Positions 36,785-47,327 of a DNA stretch of 64,000 bases are shown here, in pieces (position 1 is the stretch's first letter; every line of letters starts with the position of its first letter). The stretch spans positions 1,504,001-1,568,000 of the forward strand of contig CAWGLD010000001.1 of assembly GCA_963823335.1 (NCBI GenBank). The letters are read 5' to 3'. Source of the stretch: an uncultured delta proteobacterium. Lineage in GTDB: Bacteria; Desulfobacterota; Desulfobacteria; Desulfobacterales; B30-G6. A program made the position numbers and the translations under genes. Below the pieces are notes generated by a model. It ran no database searches. It was given only the letters and a program-made list of their open reading frames with translations, and had not been told where the DNA came from.

Positions 36785-39001
36785 ATGAAAATTGACAGAA
36801 GATGTTTTTTGTCCTTGGTAGTAGGCGGCGCCGCTGGAACGGCGTTGACACCCATGCCTTGGAAACTGACGGACGACAGTTCCATCTGGTCACAGAATTG
36901 GCCTTGGACGCCTGTTGTTGCAAAAGGTGAAACATTTTATGAAACATCCGCATGCACCCTCTGTCCCGGCGGATGCGGTATTACCGTTCGCATGGTCGAT
37001 GACAGAACAATCAAGATTGAAGGCCAGCCAGGTCATCCTGTCAATGACGGCGGTGTGTGTGTGCTGGGATTGTCCGGGCTGCAGCTCCTCTACAGCCCCA
37101 CTCGTGTGACGAAGCCCATGAAACGCGTCGGTAACAGGGGCGGTGGTAACTGGGAATCCATTTCGTGGGATGATGCCATTGGCGAGATTGTCGCCAAACT
37201 ATCCGATCTGAGGGCTAATGACCAACCACAAAAGGTCGGATGTATTTCAGGGGACCGATACGGCACCATATCCGAACTTTTCAAACGCCTGATGACGGCC
37301 TACGGGTCACCCAACGCAATGACGGTTCCATCCCTGCAGGACTCCCTCCAGCTTACCATGAAAATCATGCAGGGGTCCGATGCCGTGTTCGGGTATGATC
37401 TTGAAAATGCAGATTTTATTTTAAGTTTCGGTAGTGGTCTTATCGAGGGCTGGGGCTCTCCGGTGAGGATGTTCAAAGCCAACAGCGGATGGAAGGAGAA
37501 CGGTATCGAGATCGTTCAAATCGAACCGCGTCTGTCCAACACGGCAGCCAAGTCAGATCAATGGATCGCCATCAAGCCTGGAACAGAAGCCGCCTTGGCC
37601 ATGGGGCTCATGCATGTCATGATCAGCGATGGCCTTTACGACAGTAATTTTATCGAACAGCATGCCGGCGGGTTTTCCGGTTGGAAAGCCCTTGTCATGG
37701 AAGATTACACCCCGGACAAAGTCAGTGCAATAACCGGTGTTCCGGTGTCCGTGATTCAAAAACTGGCCATACAGTTTTCAGAGGCTGCCCGTCCATTGGC
37801 ACTTTGCGGAAGGGGTCAGGGCGATGAACCGTTTGCCTTGAAAGAGGCCATGGCCATACATGCCTTGAATGCCTTGGTGGGAAATCTCAATCAGCCCGGA
37901 GGTCTGTGGGCGGTTCCGAAACCGGATTACATTGATTGGCCTGATGCAGCAATGGACAATGTCTCCGAAAACGGCCTGGCAGCCCAACGAATCGATGGTG
38001 CCGGCAGCGCTAAATATCCTCTGGCATCCTCGTTGCTGAATCGCCTGCCCGATGCCGAGAGCGCCTACTCTCTGGAAGCGCTGTTGATATCCAATGCAAA
38101 TCCATATTACACCATGACCAATGCCCGATCTTTTCAAGAACAAATAGAAAAAATACCCTTTGTGGTCAGTTTTTCATCTTATATGGACGAGACTGCCATG
38201 TATGCGGATCTCATATTACCAAATCATTGTTTTCTCGAGCGTTACGAAGATGTTCCGGTTACGGCCGGTCTGTCACGGCCGCTTATCGGCCTGGCTCGAC
38301 CTGTTGTCGACCCCTTGTTTGACACGATGCATGTCGGGGACGTGATCATTCGGATAGCACAAGAGCTGGGGGGCAGCATTGCGGATTCATTTCCGTGGGA
38401 AAACTATGAGGCCTGCCTCGAAGAAACCCTGGGGGAGAAATGGGAAACTCTCGATGAAGAGGGTTTCTGGGTGGATGAGGACTTTCAGGCTGCAGCCTGG
38501 GAAGATGCATTTACAACGGAATCGGGAAAATTTGAATTCGGTTATGCATCTCTGGACCTTTCTCCTGGATACAACGGTCTAAGCCCGGAAGGTGACGAGA
38601 CATCGTATCCCCTGATACTCATCCCATATGACTGCATGCGTCTGGCCAACGATGCCGTCACCAACCCGCCGTTTGTCATGAAAACCGTCGAGGATACGGT
38701 TTTAAAGGGCAATTTCGGCCTGGTGGAAGTGAATCCTGAAACGGCCAGATCCCTGGGACTTTCGGAAGGAAGTGTTGCCCAGCTAAAAACACCCAAAGGT
38801 GAGTCCAGGGTAAAAATTCACCTTTATCATGGTATTATGCCCGGTGTTGTGGCCATGCCCAAAGGCTTGGGCCATCATACCAAAGACCGGTTTACGGCAG
38901 GCAAAGGAAGCAACATTAAAGAGCTCATGGGTCCGGTTGAGGATCAGGCTTCTGGTTTGGATGTCGCTTGGGGAATTCGGGCAAAGCTGACAAAAGCCTA
39001 A
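36785..39001 (+). CDS. qrcB: Menaquinone reductase molybdopterin-family-like subunit
   Basis: Tat motif DRRCFL, PWKL.DD.SIW.QNWPW, CTLCPGGC...C and a molybdopterin oxidoreductase fold. Confidence 0.92.
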   Translation: MKIDRRCFLSLVVGGAAGTALTPMPWKLTDDSSIWSQNWPWTPVVAKGETFYETSACTLCPGGCGITVRMVDDRTIKIEGQPGHPVNDGGVCVLGLSGLQLLYSPTRVTKPMKRVGNRGGGNWESISWDDAIGEIVAKLSDLRANDQPQKVGCISGDRYGTISELFKRLMTAYGSPNAMTVPSLQDSLQLTMKIMQGSDAVFGYDLENADFILSFGSGLIEGWGSPVRMFKANSGWKENGIEIVQIEPRLSNTAAKSDQWIAIKPGTEAALAMGLMHVMISDGLYDSNFIEQHAGGFSGWKALVMEDYTPDKVSAITGVPVSVIQKLAIQFSEAARPLALCGRGQGDEPFALKEAMAIHALNALVGNLNQPGGLWAVPKPDYIDWPDAAMDNVSENGLAAQRIDGAGSAKYPLASSLLNRLPDAESAYSLEALLISNANPYYTMTNARSFQEQIEKIPFVVSFSSYMDETAMYADLILPNHCFLERYEDVPVTAGLSRPLIGLARPVVDPLFDTMHVGDVIIRIAQELGGSIADSFPWENYEACLEETLGEKWETLDEEGFWVDEDFQAAAWEDAFTTESGKFEFGYASLDLSPGYNGLSPEGDETSYPLILIPYDCMRLANDAVTNPPFVMKTVEDTVLKGNFGLVEVNPETARSLGLSEGSVAQLKTPKGESRVKIHLYHGIMPGVVAMPKGLGHHTKDRFTAGKGSNIKELMGPVEDQASGLDVAWGIRAKLTKA

Positions 39002-39020
39002 CAGATTATATGAGGGACGA

Positions 39021-39836
39021 ATGAAAGAAGCACAGATGCACAATGAAGCCAAAAAGTATGGCATGGTTATCGATTTGGATAAATGTACCGGGTGCGGCGC
39101 ATGCATGGTGGCATGTATGGCTGAAAACAATGTCCCTTTCCGGGATGACGAGACGGACAAACTGCTCAGCGTCGCCTGGATGCGTGTATTCAAGATGACA
39201 AATGGAAAAGCCTTTCCGGATACGGATATCTGCTATATTCCCAGACCCTGCATGCACTGTGAAGGTCACCAGGGGCATTCGCCTTGTGTGTCGGTGTGTC
39301 CTGCCACTGCCACGGACTACGACAACCTCACCGGTATTGTCAGTCAAATCTATACCCGCTGTTTCGGATGCCGGTATTGCATGGCTGCCTGCCCATACCA
39401 TGCGCGTGTTTTCAACTGGTGGGACCCGGTCTGGCCGGCTGGCATGGAAAAAACCTTGAACCCCGACGTTTCGGTTCGTATGCGGGGTGTCGTAGAAAAA
39501 TGCAGTTTCTGTTTTCACAGATATCAGAGAGCCATGGAAACGGCGCACTATGAAGACCGTACAGAACTGGAGGAAGACGAGTACAAAACATCCTGCACAC
39601 AGGCGTGCCCGGCTGGTGCCATTACCTTTGGCGATTTGAACAACCCGGACCATGCGGTAAGCCAGCTTGTAAAACCGGATAACCAGCATGGCGGAAAGCC
39701 TAAAAGCCCGAAGGCCTTCAGGCTTCTGGAAAGACTGGGTACCAACCCGAAGGTCTACTATCTTTCGAGTCGTGAGTGGGTTCGGAAAGCCGGGGACAAC
39801 TATGTCAAAAATGAAAAAATGTCCGGCGGACACTAA
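39021..39836 (+). CDS. qrcC: Menaquinone reductase Fe-S subunit
   Basis: YGMVIDLDKCTGCGACMVAC, CMHC, CFGCRYCMAACPY and VEKCSFC. Confidence 0.93.
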   Translation: MKEAQMHNEAKKYGMVIDLDKCTGCGACMVACMAENNVPFRDDETDKLLSVAWMRVFKMTNGKAFPDTDICYIPRPCMHCEGHQGHSPCVSVCPATATDYDNLTGIVSQIYTRCFGCRYCMAACPYHARVFNWWDPVWPAGMEKTLNPDVSVRMRGVVEKCSFCFHRYQRAMETAHYEDRTELEEDEYKTSCTQACPAGAITFGDLNNPDHAVSQLVKPDNQHGGKPKSPKAFRLLERLGTNPKVYYLSSREWVRKAGDNYVKNEKMSGGH

Positions 39837-39877
39837 TATATATCTTTAGATCATCTAAATAAGTTGATCTAAAAAAA

Positions 39878-39960
39878 GATTCGAGGATTCCAGGGGTCCA
39901 GGATTCGAGTGACTGGAAAACAAACACTTGGAGCCTTGAATCCTCGACCCCTGGAACCCT
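39878..39960. repeat. Degenerate 8-mer inverted repeat inside the qrc operon
   Basis: GATTCGAGGATTCCAGGGGTCCAGGATTCGAGTG ... CACTTGGAGCCTTGAATCCTCGACCCCTGGAACCC. Confidence 0.75.
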
Positions 39961-40016
39961 TTCTCACAACTCGTTGGGAGAAGAGCCAAATATTTTTATT
40001 GAGGAGCACTTGACTT

Positions 40017-41348
40017 ATGGATTCTGCATTAATACCCGATGGCGTTAAACGATGTCCCATCTGGCAGTTTGGCTTGGCCATAGCCATAGTGGGGGGGGTT
40101 TTACTTTGGGGCGTATTTGCCATGCTGCTGGTTTGGATCAAGGGATTGAACCAGACCAACATGAACAATGCCTATGGATTTGCGTTGTGGATATGGGCGG
40201 ATCTTGGGGTCATTGCCCTTGGTGGCGGTGCCTTTTTTACCGGTCTCATGCGATATGTGTTCGGTAAGGAAGAGCTCAAATATATCATCAACTATGCGGT
40301 ATTGATCGGATTTATCTGCTACAGTTCGGCATTGCTGATCCTTGCTATCGATATCGGCCAGCCCCTGCGCGGGTGGTTTATCTTCTGGCATGCCAATGTT
40401 CACTCCATGCTGACGGAAGTGGCCTTCTGTCTGACATGTTATTTCGGCGTACTGTGTGTTGAATATTTACCATTGATTCTCGAAAACAAGCAGGTGGACA
40501 GGGTTCCCTTTTTTCATAATTTGAGTCACAACATGCACGAAATCATGGTTGTTTTTGCTGCGACCGGTGCTTTTTTATCTTTCTTTCATCAGGGATCTCT
40601 GGGAGGCGTTGCGGGCGTGCTGTTTGGACGGCCCTTTGGATATCGTGAACATATCTTTATCTGGCCCTACACCTTTTTTCTTTTCACCTGGTCAGCGGCA
40701 GCCTGTGGCCCCTGTTTTACCATCCTGGTAACCAAACTGACCGAAAAGATTGCCGGCAAGAAGCTGGTCAAGGACAATGTTATTGAGCTTCTGGCCAAGA
40801 TTGCCGGATGGATGCTGGCCACGTACGTCATTGCCAAGCTCATCGATACCTGGTACTGGGCGACCGTTACGGCGCCGTCCAAAGGCTATGTTCTGATGGA
40901 TTTCTACACCAACAACCCGGATTCGGTTTACGGCATCTGGATACTGATTCTCGAAGTCGGTGTGTGCGGGGTTCTCCCGGCCCTCATTCTCATTACGGAT
41001 AAGGGGCGTAAAACACCGGCAACTTTGTGGACCGCCGTGATACTGGCTTCTCTGGGGGTTCTTTTGAACCGGTGGGTGATGGTCCTTCAGGTGCTTGCGG
41101 TCCCCGTTATGACATTTGAAGCCTGGTCTACCTATTTTCCGAGCTGGCAGGAAATTGCCACCACGATCCTGCCCGTGGCCTACGGTGTGATCCTGGTCCT
41201 GATATCATACCGGTATCTGCCGATATTTCCCCAGGAGGCCGAACTGAACCCCATCGAGGAGCCGGCACCACCCGTGGAAATAGCGGAAGTAACGGAAAAG
41301 GAAGATGGCGAGGTGGCTGCTCCGGAAGGGGAGCTGTCGCCGGCATAA
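40017..41348 (+). CDS. qrcD: Menaquinone reductase integral membrane subunit (NrfD family)
   Basis: DL.VIALGGGAFFTG, DIGQPLR.WF.FWH.NVHSMLTEV and FHQGSLGG. Confidence 0.93.
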   Translation: MDSALIPDGVKRCPIWQFGLAIAIVGGVLLWGVFAMLLVWIKGLNQTNMNNAYGFALWIWADLGVIALGGGAFFTGLMRYVFGKEELKYIINYAVLIGFICYSSALLILAIDIGQPLRGWFIFWHANVHSMLTEVAFCLTCYFGVLCVEYLPLILENKQVDRVPFFHNLSHNMHEIMVVFAATGAFLSFFHQGSLGGVAGVLFGRPFGYREHIFIWPYTFFLFTWSAAACGPCFTILVTKLTEKIAGKKLVKDNVIELLAKIAGWMLATYVIAKLIDTWYWATVTAPSKGYVLMDFYTNNPDSVYGIWILILEVGVCGVLPALILITDKGRKTPATLWTAVILASLGVLLNRWVMVLQVLAVPVMTFEAWSTYFPSWQEIATTILPVAYGVILVLISYRYLPIFPQEAELNPIEEPAPPVEIAEVTEKEDGEVAAPEGELSPA

Positions 41349-41503
41349 CAGGCACTAAAGACGTCAACTAATTCATTGGCAGACGGAAATTGTCGGCCTT
41401 AGGTTGCTCGCTCCCTTTGCTTGTTTCATAGGGCTGTATATTTTATAAAGCGACAATGTCGCGTTTGATAAAATCGTCAAACGATTTTATAAGGAGAAGC
41501 ATC

Positions 41504-41665
41504 ATGTTTCCGGTTATCAGTTTTGAATGGATTTGGGATATGAGCCACATCGTGTTTCACGGTGGTCTCTGGTATGCACTGTCGATTATCGGTATGGGGA
41601 TGACCTACTGCATTATCAAAGCAGCGTATGACACCTGTAAAGGATCAGGCGGCGACCATCACTGA
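41504..41665 (+). CDS. Small (53 aa) membrane protein downstream of qrcD
   Basis: AAGGAG RBS; MFPVISFEWIWDMSHIVFHGGLWYALSIIGMGMTYCIIKAAYDT...; followed by a terminator. Confidence 0.75.
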   Translation: MFPVISFEWIWDMSHIVFHGGLWYALSIIGMGMTYCIIKAAYDTCKGSGGDHH

Positions 41666-41687
41666 TCCTATGTATTTGAAAAACAAA

Positions 41688-41729
41688 TAAAGCGCTTCTT
41701 TTTTTTGGGGAAAAGAGAAGCGCTTTTTT
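41688..41729 (+). terminator. Intrinsic terminator ending the qrc region
   Basis: AAAGCGCTTCT...AGAAGCGCTTTTTT. Confidence 0.75.
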
Positions 41730-41932
41730 ATTTTCTATGGATAACAATCCAACCCAACTTTGTGATAATAAAAGATGGATCGAAAACTAAAATAGGTCTT
41801 GGTTTCTCGAACCCATTGTGCCCTGTTCTTCCCGTGCTTGACCCTCAGATCAGTATATGGTTAAAGTGAAGCCATCCGATAGTAAGATCTATACTTTGAA
41901 CCGCAAAAAATCTCCTGGAGAACGGATAATCA

Positions 41933-43186
41933 ATGGATAAAATCATCGTTAAAGGCGGCAAGCGTCTAACGGGTGATGTCAGGGTCAGTGGTGCCAAAAA
42001 TGCGGCATTGCCGATTCTGGTGTCTGCACTCCTGACGGATGGATGGAATACTTTCAGCAATGTTCCGAAACTCATGGATATTGAGAGCACCAAGAAGTTG
42101 TTGTCTACACTTGGTGCGCAGGTAACCGCTGAAAACGGCTCTGTTCGCATCAATTCGAGCGGCCTCAACAGTCATGAAGCACCATACGATCTGGTTCGAA
42201 AAATGCGGGCTTCCATACTGGTTTTGGGACCGTTACTGGCCAGGCTTAAAAAGGCGCGGGTATCGCTGCCGGGCGGCTGTGCCATTGGTGCGCGACCCAT
42301 CAACCTTCATTTGAAGGGATTGGCCAGTCTGGGGGCCAAAATCGACCTCAAGCACGGATACGTGGAGGCGTCTGCATCACGCCTGGTGGGCAGTGATATC
42401 TATCTCGATATTCCCACCGTGACCGGTACGGAAAACCTGATGATGGCGGCTGCTCTGGCGGAAGGTAAAACCACTCTGCGGAATGCGGCCTGTGAGCCGG
42501 AGGTGGTCGCCTTGGCGGACGTTCTGAACCAGATGGGTGCCGATATCCGGAATGCCGGCAGCACCCTGGTGACCATTCATGGTGTACCTGTTCTCAGCCC
42601 GGTATCCACATCGATTATACCGGATCGGGTCGAAGCGGGTACGCTGATGACCGCTGCCGCACTGACCCGTGGCGTGGTCAACATATCAGGATGCGAGCCG
42701 GATCATCTCCAGGCAGTCATCCACAAGCTGAGACTGGCCGGGGCTATTATCGATATTGATGGGTCTATCATACGGGTTTCAGGACCGGAAGAGATCACGA
42801 GTGTCGATCTTAAAACACAGGTGTATCCGGGATTTCCTACGGACATGCAGGCCCAGTTCATGGTTCTGATGTCTGTGGCCGGGGGGTTGAGTATTCTTTC
42901 GGAAACCATATTCGAAAATCGTTTCATGCATGTCAGTGAACTCAAACGGATGGGGGCGGACATTACCATCTCCGGCAATACCGCTCTGATTAAAGGGGTG
43001 CCAGCCCTTTCCGGCGCACCGGTAATGGCATCGGACCTCCGGGCCAGTGCATCCCTGGTTCTGGCCGGGCTCGTGGCCAAAGGGACCACCGAGATCAATC
43101 GGGTGTATCATCTGGATCGGGGATACGAAGCACTCGACCAGAAATTGACCGGTCTGGGAGCGTCGATAAAACGGGTACGTGTTTAG
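41933..43186 (+). CDS. murA: UDP-N-acetylglucosamine 1-carboxyvinyltransferase
   Basis: [42 protein letters not shown] and HLDRGY. Confidence 0.98.
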   Translation: MDKIIVKGGKRLTGDVRVSGAKNAALPILVSALLTDGWNTFSNVPKLMDIESTKKLLSTLGAQVTAENGSVRINSSGLNSHEAPYDLVRKMRASILVLGPLLARLKKARVSLPGGCAIGARPINLHLKGLASLGAKIDLKHGYVEASASRLVGSDIYLDIPTVTGTENLMMAAALAEGKTTLRNAACEPEVVALADVLNQMGADIRNAGSTLVTIHGVPVLSPVSTSIIPDRVEAGTLMTAAALTRGVVNISGCEPDHLQAVIHKLRLAGAIIDIDGSIIRVSGPEEITSVDLKTQVYPGFPTDMQAQFMVLMSVAGGLSILSETIFENRFMHVSELKRMGADITISGNTALIKGVPALSGAPVMASDLRASASLVLAGLVAKGTTEINRVYHLDRGYEALDQKLTGLGASIKRVRV

Positions 43187-43339
43187 ACATGCGGGCGACA
43201 TTTGCGTTTCGCACGATATTTATCCTTCGGATGTAATTAATGGTCATTTACCCTATCGGGCGTCATTCATTGTTGCTCTTAGCCGAACCTAAAACATAAC
43301 ACCTAAAACCTTAAACGCGATCTGTGTTTCCTCGGACTC

Positions 43340-45847
43340 TTGAACCCTATGTTCCAGCCCATCTATCGCCCCATCATTTGGCTGACGATTGCGATGATAT
43401 TCGGAATCCTTGCGGGTGAAGCCTTTCCAGGTTATGATAAATGGATTTTCATGCTGGCGATGGCAGTCGTTCTGGTCCTGGTGATCGGCCTAAAACGGAA
43501 ATTGTCGGTTTGTTTGCTACCGCTTTTTTTATTTGGCAGTATCGGTTATCTTTCTATCCAACCCTGGGTTGCGCCGCGCTTCCCGGAGCATCACATTCGG
43601 CATTTTGTTGATTCAAAGACCTGTAAAATAACCGGCATTGTCCTGGACGAACCTGTTTCTGACCCTAACAGAACCCGGTTCGTTATGGAGGCAGGCGCCA
43701 TCGTCCGGAACGGGAAGCCTGTCCCAGTCTGCGGACGTGTGCGCGTTACGGTATCCAATGGACCCATTGCCCTGGTAAAGGGAGACAGCATCTCTTTTTT
43801 CGGGCGCATCCGCTCTATTCGGAATTTCAATAACCCCGGTAGTTTTGATTACGAGCGTTACATGGCTTTTCAGCATATCTGGGTCCGCAGCTACGTTGTT
43901 GCAGAAAAACTATCTGTCCGGTCAGGGGCAGAGACATCCAACCGGATGGCTGTTTTCGATGAACGCCGGTCCAGAATTTCTGAAATGATCGATGGCCTTG
44001 GGACTGAGGCTAAGGGAAACGCACGGGAAGTCAAGGCGGTGTCAAGGGCACTATTGATCGGAGACCGTAAAGGGATTGATAGTGCCTTACGCGAAAAATT
44101 CAATCGCGCCGGTGTGGGACATCTGCTTGCCATATCGGGACTTCACATCGGCATCGTGGCCACCGTGACGTTTGCAGTCTTTCGCTGGATTGTAGCATGG
44201 ATTTCACCTGTTTTATGGATAGGCTGGACTAGAAGAACCGCCGCCATCCTGACCTTTGTACCGGTACTGGCCTATGGTTTTCTGGCTGGAATGTCACCTT
44301 CGACCCAGCGGGCGGTTATCATGGTAGGTGTTTTTCTATTGACCCTTCTTTTTGACAGGGAACAGGACCTGATCAACACCATTTGTATTGCCGGTATGCT
44401 GATCCTGGCCATCAATCCGCCTGCGCTTTTTTCCATATCGTTTCAACTCTCTTTCACGGCCGTGATCGTTATCGTGTTGGGCATGTCATTGATACAAGCT
44501 GTTCTGAAGAAACCGAAAGGCATCGCGGTCACCCTGGTCACCAAAGGGGCTGCTTTCATGGCTGTAACTCTTTTTGCCACCGTGGGTACGGCACCACTGG
44601 CTATGGCCTATTTCAACCAGGTTTCACTCATCGGCGTTGTCGTGAATATGGTCGCCATCCCGCTGGTGGGGTTTTTGGCCGTGCCTCTGGGATTGTTGGC
44701 TGTTTTTATCCAGGTGTTCAGCATGGGTGCCGCGTCGGCATGCCTTCAACTGAGCCACTGGGTTCTTGAAAAAGCACTTCTGGTCATCGATTTTTTTTCC
44801 GGAATTCCCGGCTCCGCCCTGGAAACCATTACACCCAGTCTGGTTGAAATCAGTCTTTTTTATCTGATGCTTCTGGGTGTCTTTATCTGGCTTTCCACAA
44901 GGCGTCAGGAAAAACAGTCCAATCAATCCGTTGGCCTGGGACAGAACCTTGCCTATGGGTTGCTTCTCTTGGCTGCTTTTGGATGGGTACTGGATGTTGG
45001 TTACTGGATGCATCTGCGATTCTGGCACAAAGATCTTCGCGTCATGATATTTGACGTGGGCCAGGGAAGTGCCGCGTTGCTGGAGTTGCCCGGAGGTCGC
45101 AACCTCCTGATCGATGGGGGCGGCTTTGCGGACAATGCTGCTTTTGACACCGGTAAAAGTATCATCGCCCCATACCTCCTGCGAAATAAGATCAAAACCA
45201 TCCATACTGTTATTTTGTCACATCCCAACAGTGATCACTTAAATGGCTTGATATATATTGTCGAGCATTTTAATGTAAAGCAGGCCATCACAAACAATGA
45301 GTCCTCCCCGACCATGGGGTATCAATTGTTTGTCGAAACGCTGAAAAAACATGACATTGATACACCGGAGTACCGGGCGTTGGAACCTACTACGACCGTT
45401 GCGGGTACCAAGATAGACATTCTCTATCCCGCTGAAGATTTTTTGGAAAAAGTCTTTAAAGAGAAATGGCGCAACAAAAACAATAACTCCCTGGTGGTCA
45501 AGGTGTCCCATGGTCAGCATGCATTTCTTTTCCCGGGTGATATCATGGCCATGGGCGAAAAAGAACTGGTTGCAGCAGCCGGAAATAATCTGAAGAGTAC
45601 GGTTCTGATAGCACCCCACCACGGGAGCGGTTCTTCGAGTACACCCCTTTTGATCGAACAGGTGAATCCGGAGATTGTGGTGGTATCCTGTGGCTGGGAG
45701 AATCGTTTTAAGTTTCCTGATAGAGCTGTGTTGCAGCGATATGAAACCATGGGGGCCGGGGTCCTGCGAACTGACATTCATGGTGCGGTACAGATCTGGA
45801 CGGATGGACAGGAAATGAGAATGCGAACAGCAATAAGCACGCACTGA
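43340..45847 (+). CDS. comEC: DNA internalization competence protein ComEC/Rec2
   Basis: NPGSFDY, HLLAISGLH, SFQLSF, DVGQG, SHPNSDHLNG and PHHGS. Confidence 0.93.
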   Translation: MNPMFQPIYRPIIWLTIAMIFGILAGEAFPGYDKWIFMLAMAVVLVLVIGLKRKLSVCLLPLFLFGSIGYLSIQPWVAPRFPEHHIRHFVDSKTCKITGIVLDEPVSDPNRTRFVMEAGAIVRNGKPVPVCGRVRVTVSNGPIALVKGDSISFFGRIRSIRNFNNPGSFDYERYMAFQHIWVRSYVVAEKLSVRSGAETSNRMAVFDERRSRISEMIDGLGTEAKGNAREVKAVSRALLIGDRKGIDSALREKFNRAGVGHLLAISGLHIGIVATVTFAVFRWIVAWISPVLWIGWTRRTAAILTFVPVLAYGFLAGMSPSTQRAVIMVGVFLLTLLFDREQDLINTICIAGMLILAINPPALFSISFQLSFTAVIVIVLGMSLIQAVLKKPKGIAVTLVTKGAAFMAVTLFATVGTAPLAMAYFNQVSLIGVVVNMVAIPLVGFLAVPLGLLAVFIQVFSMGAASACLQLSHWVLEKALLVIDFFSGIPGSALETITPSLVEISLFYLMLLGVFIWLSTRRQEKQSNQSVGLGQNLAYGLLLLAAFGWVLDVGYWMHLRFWHKDLRVMIFDVGQGSAALLELPGGRNLLIDGGGFADNAAFDTGKSIIAPYLLRNKIKTIHTVILSHPNSDHLNGLIYIVEHFNVKQAITNNESSPTMGYQLFVETLKKHDIDTPEYRALEPTTTVAGTKIDILYPAEDFLEKVFKEKWRNKNNNSLVVKVSHGQHAFLFPGDIMAMGEKELVAAAGNNLKSTVLIAPHHGSGSSSTPLLIEQVNPEIVVVSCGWENRFKFPDRAVLQRYETMGAGVLRTDIHGAVQIWTDGQEMRMRTAISTH

Positions 45848-45878
45848 ACACCAAACACCAAACACAATATACAAAGAT

Positions 45879-47267
45879 ATGAATCCGATATTTGAACAGA
45901 TAGAGACCTTGTTTCATCCCCGTTCAGTGGCCATTGTGGGGCTGCCCAGGGGTTTGAAAACAGGTAAGCTATTTCTTCTGGCGCTTCAGGACCAGAAATT
46001 TGCCGGGGACATCTACCCGGTGAATCCGAATGTGGACCAGATAGACGGTCTCAAAACCTATCCCAGCGTATCGGCCATTCCAGGACCTGTGGACCTGGCG
46101 ATTGTGCTGGTCCCGAGTCAATACACAATGCCGGTTATCAAGGAATGTGTAGAGAAGGGTGTCAAGGGTGCCATCCTGTTTACTGCAGGATACAGGGAAA
46201 CAGGTACTCAGGAGGGGATCGATCTGGAAAGGGAGATTGTCGCGGTCGCCCGTTCAGGGGGTATGCGGATCATTGGACCGAATGGTATGGGGTTTTACGT
46301 GCCCAGGTCCGGGTTGTCTTTTTTCCCGGAACTTTCCAGGCGGTCGGGAACTGTGGGGATGATATCCCACAGCGGGTCCCTGACCAACATCTTAGGACGC
46401 ATGGCATCGGAAAAGGGCGTATACTTCAGCAAGGTGGTGAGTATCGGCAATGCGTGTGATCTCTCCGTAACGGACTTTCTGGGTTATTTCGCAGCTGATC
46501 CTGAGACGCACGTCATCGGGGGCTATATAGAGGGTATTCCCAATGGCCCGGTCTTTTTGAGTACTCTCAAAAGCGCTTCCCTCAATAAGCCGGTTATTCT
46601 GTGGAAGGTAGGCATGACCCCGGAAGGTTCCCGGGCGGCAAGGTCTCATACCGGCGCTTTGGCCGGATCACGGCAAATCTGGCAGGCTGTGATCCAGCAG
46701 GGGGGAGCGGTGTTGGTTGCCGGGTTCGAGACTTATCTGGATGCCCTGATGACATTCTCCCTCCTGCCCCCGCAGGTCGGGGATCGGCTCGCCATTCTTT
46801 CCGGACCGGGCGGGCTGGCCGTGTCTGCTTGCGAAGCCTGTGGTAACGAAGGACTCAAGCTGGCCGAATTGCTGCCTGAAACTCAGAAAGCTCTGAAGAA
46901 GATGATTCCGCCAACCGGCACGAGTTGTAAAAACCCGGTGGATGTGGGACTCATGGCCTCACTGGATATCGATATATATATTGATGCTGCCCGGGAAATT
47001 GCCCGGGACCCGGGTGTAGATACACTGGTGGTCATCGGAGCAGGCCTGACGCCTGAAACAAACGAAACCTATACCTCGGGGCTTATTCAGGCCCAAAAGG
47101 AATCGGGCAAACCATTTCTACTGGTAAAAATACCCGGTTTTGACAAAAATCTGGCTCAGCGATTCTGCGAGTCGGGCCTCCCCTTTTTCGATTCGGCCGA
47201 GCGCGCTATCCGGACCTATGCGTCCGTGAAACATTACCGGGACTGGCAGCAACGGCAGATGTCGTAA
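45879..47267 (+). CDS. NDP-forming acyl-CoA synthetase alpha subunit (CoA-binding plus ligase domains)
   Basis: P.SVAIVG, YPVNP, IIGPN, SHSG, SHTGALAG (phospho-His) and NPVD; no ATP-grasp domain. Confidence 0.88.
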   Translation: MNPIFEQIETLFHPRSVAIVGLPRGLKTGKLFLLALQDQKFAGDIYPVNPNVDQIDGLKTYPSVSAIPGPVDLAIVLVPSQYTMPVIKECVEKGVKGAILFTAGYRETGTQEGIDLEREIVAVARSGGMRIIGPNGMGFYVPRSGLSFFPELSRRSGTVGMISHSGSLTNILGRMASEKGVYFSKVVSIGNACDLSVTDFLGYFAADPETHVIGGYIEGIPNGPVFLSTLKSASLNKPVILWKVGMTPEGSRAARSHTGALAGSRQIWQAVIQQGGAVLVAGFETYLDALMTFSLLPPQVGDRLAILSGPGGLAVSACEACGNEGLKLAELLPETQKALKKMIPPTGTSCKNPVDVGLMASLDIDIYIDAAREIARDPGVDTLVVIGAGLTPETNETYTSGLIQAQKESGKPFLLVKIPGFDKNLAQRFCESGLPFFDSAERAIRTYASVKHYRDWQQRQMS

Positions 47268-47327
47268 GGGTTTCAGTATCAGGGAGTAAGTAAATAAATA
47301 AAGAACGTCCCCTAAATTGGAGACCTG

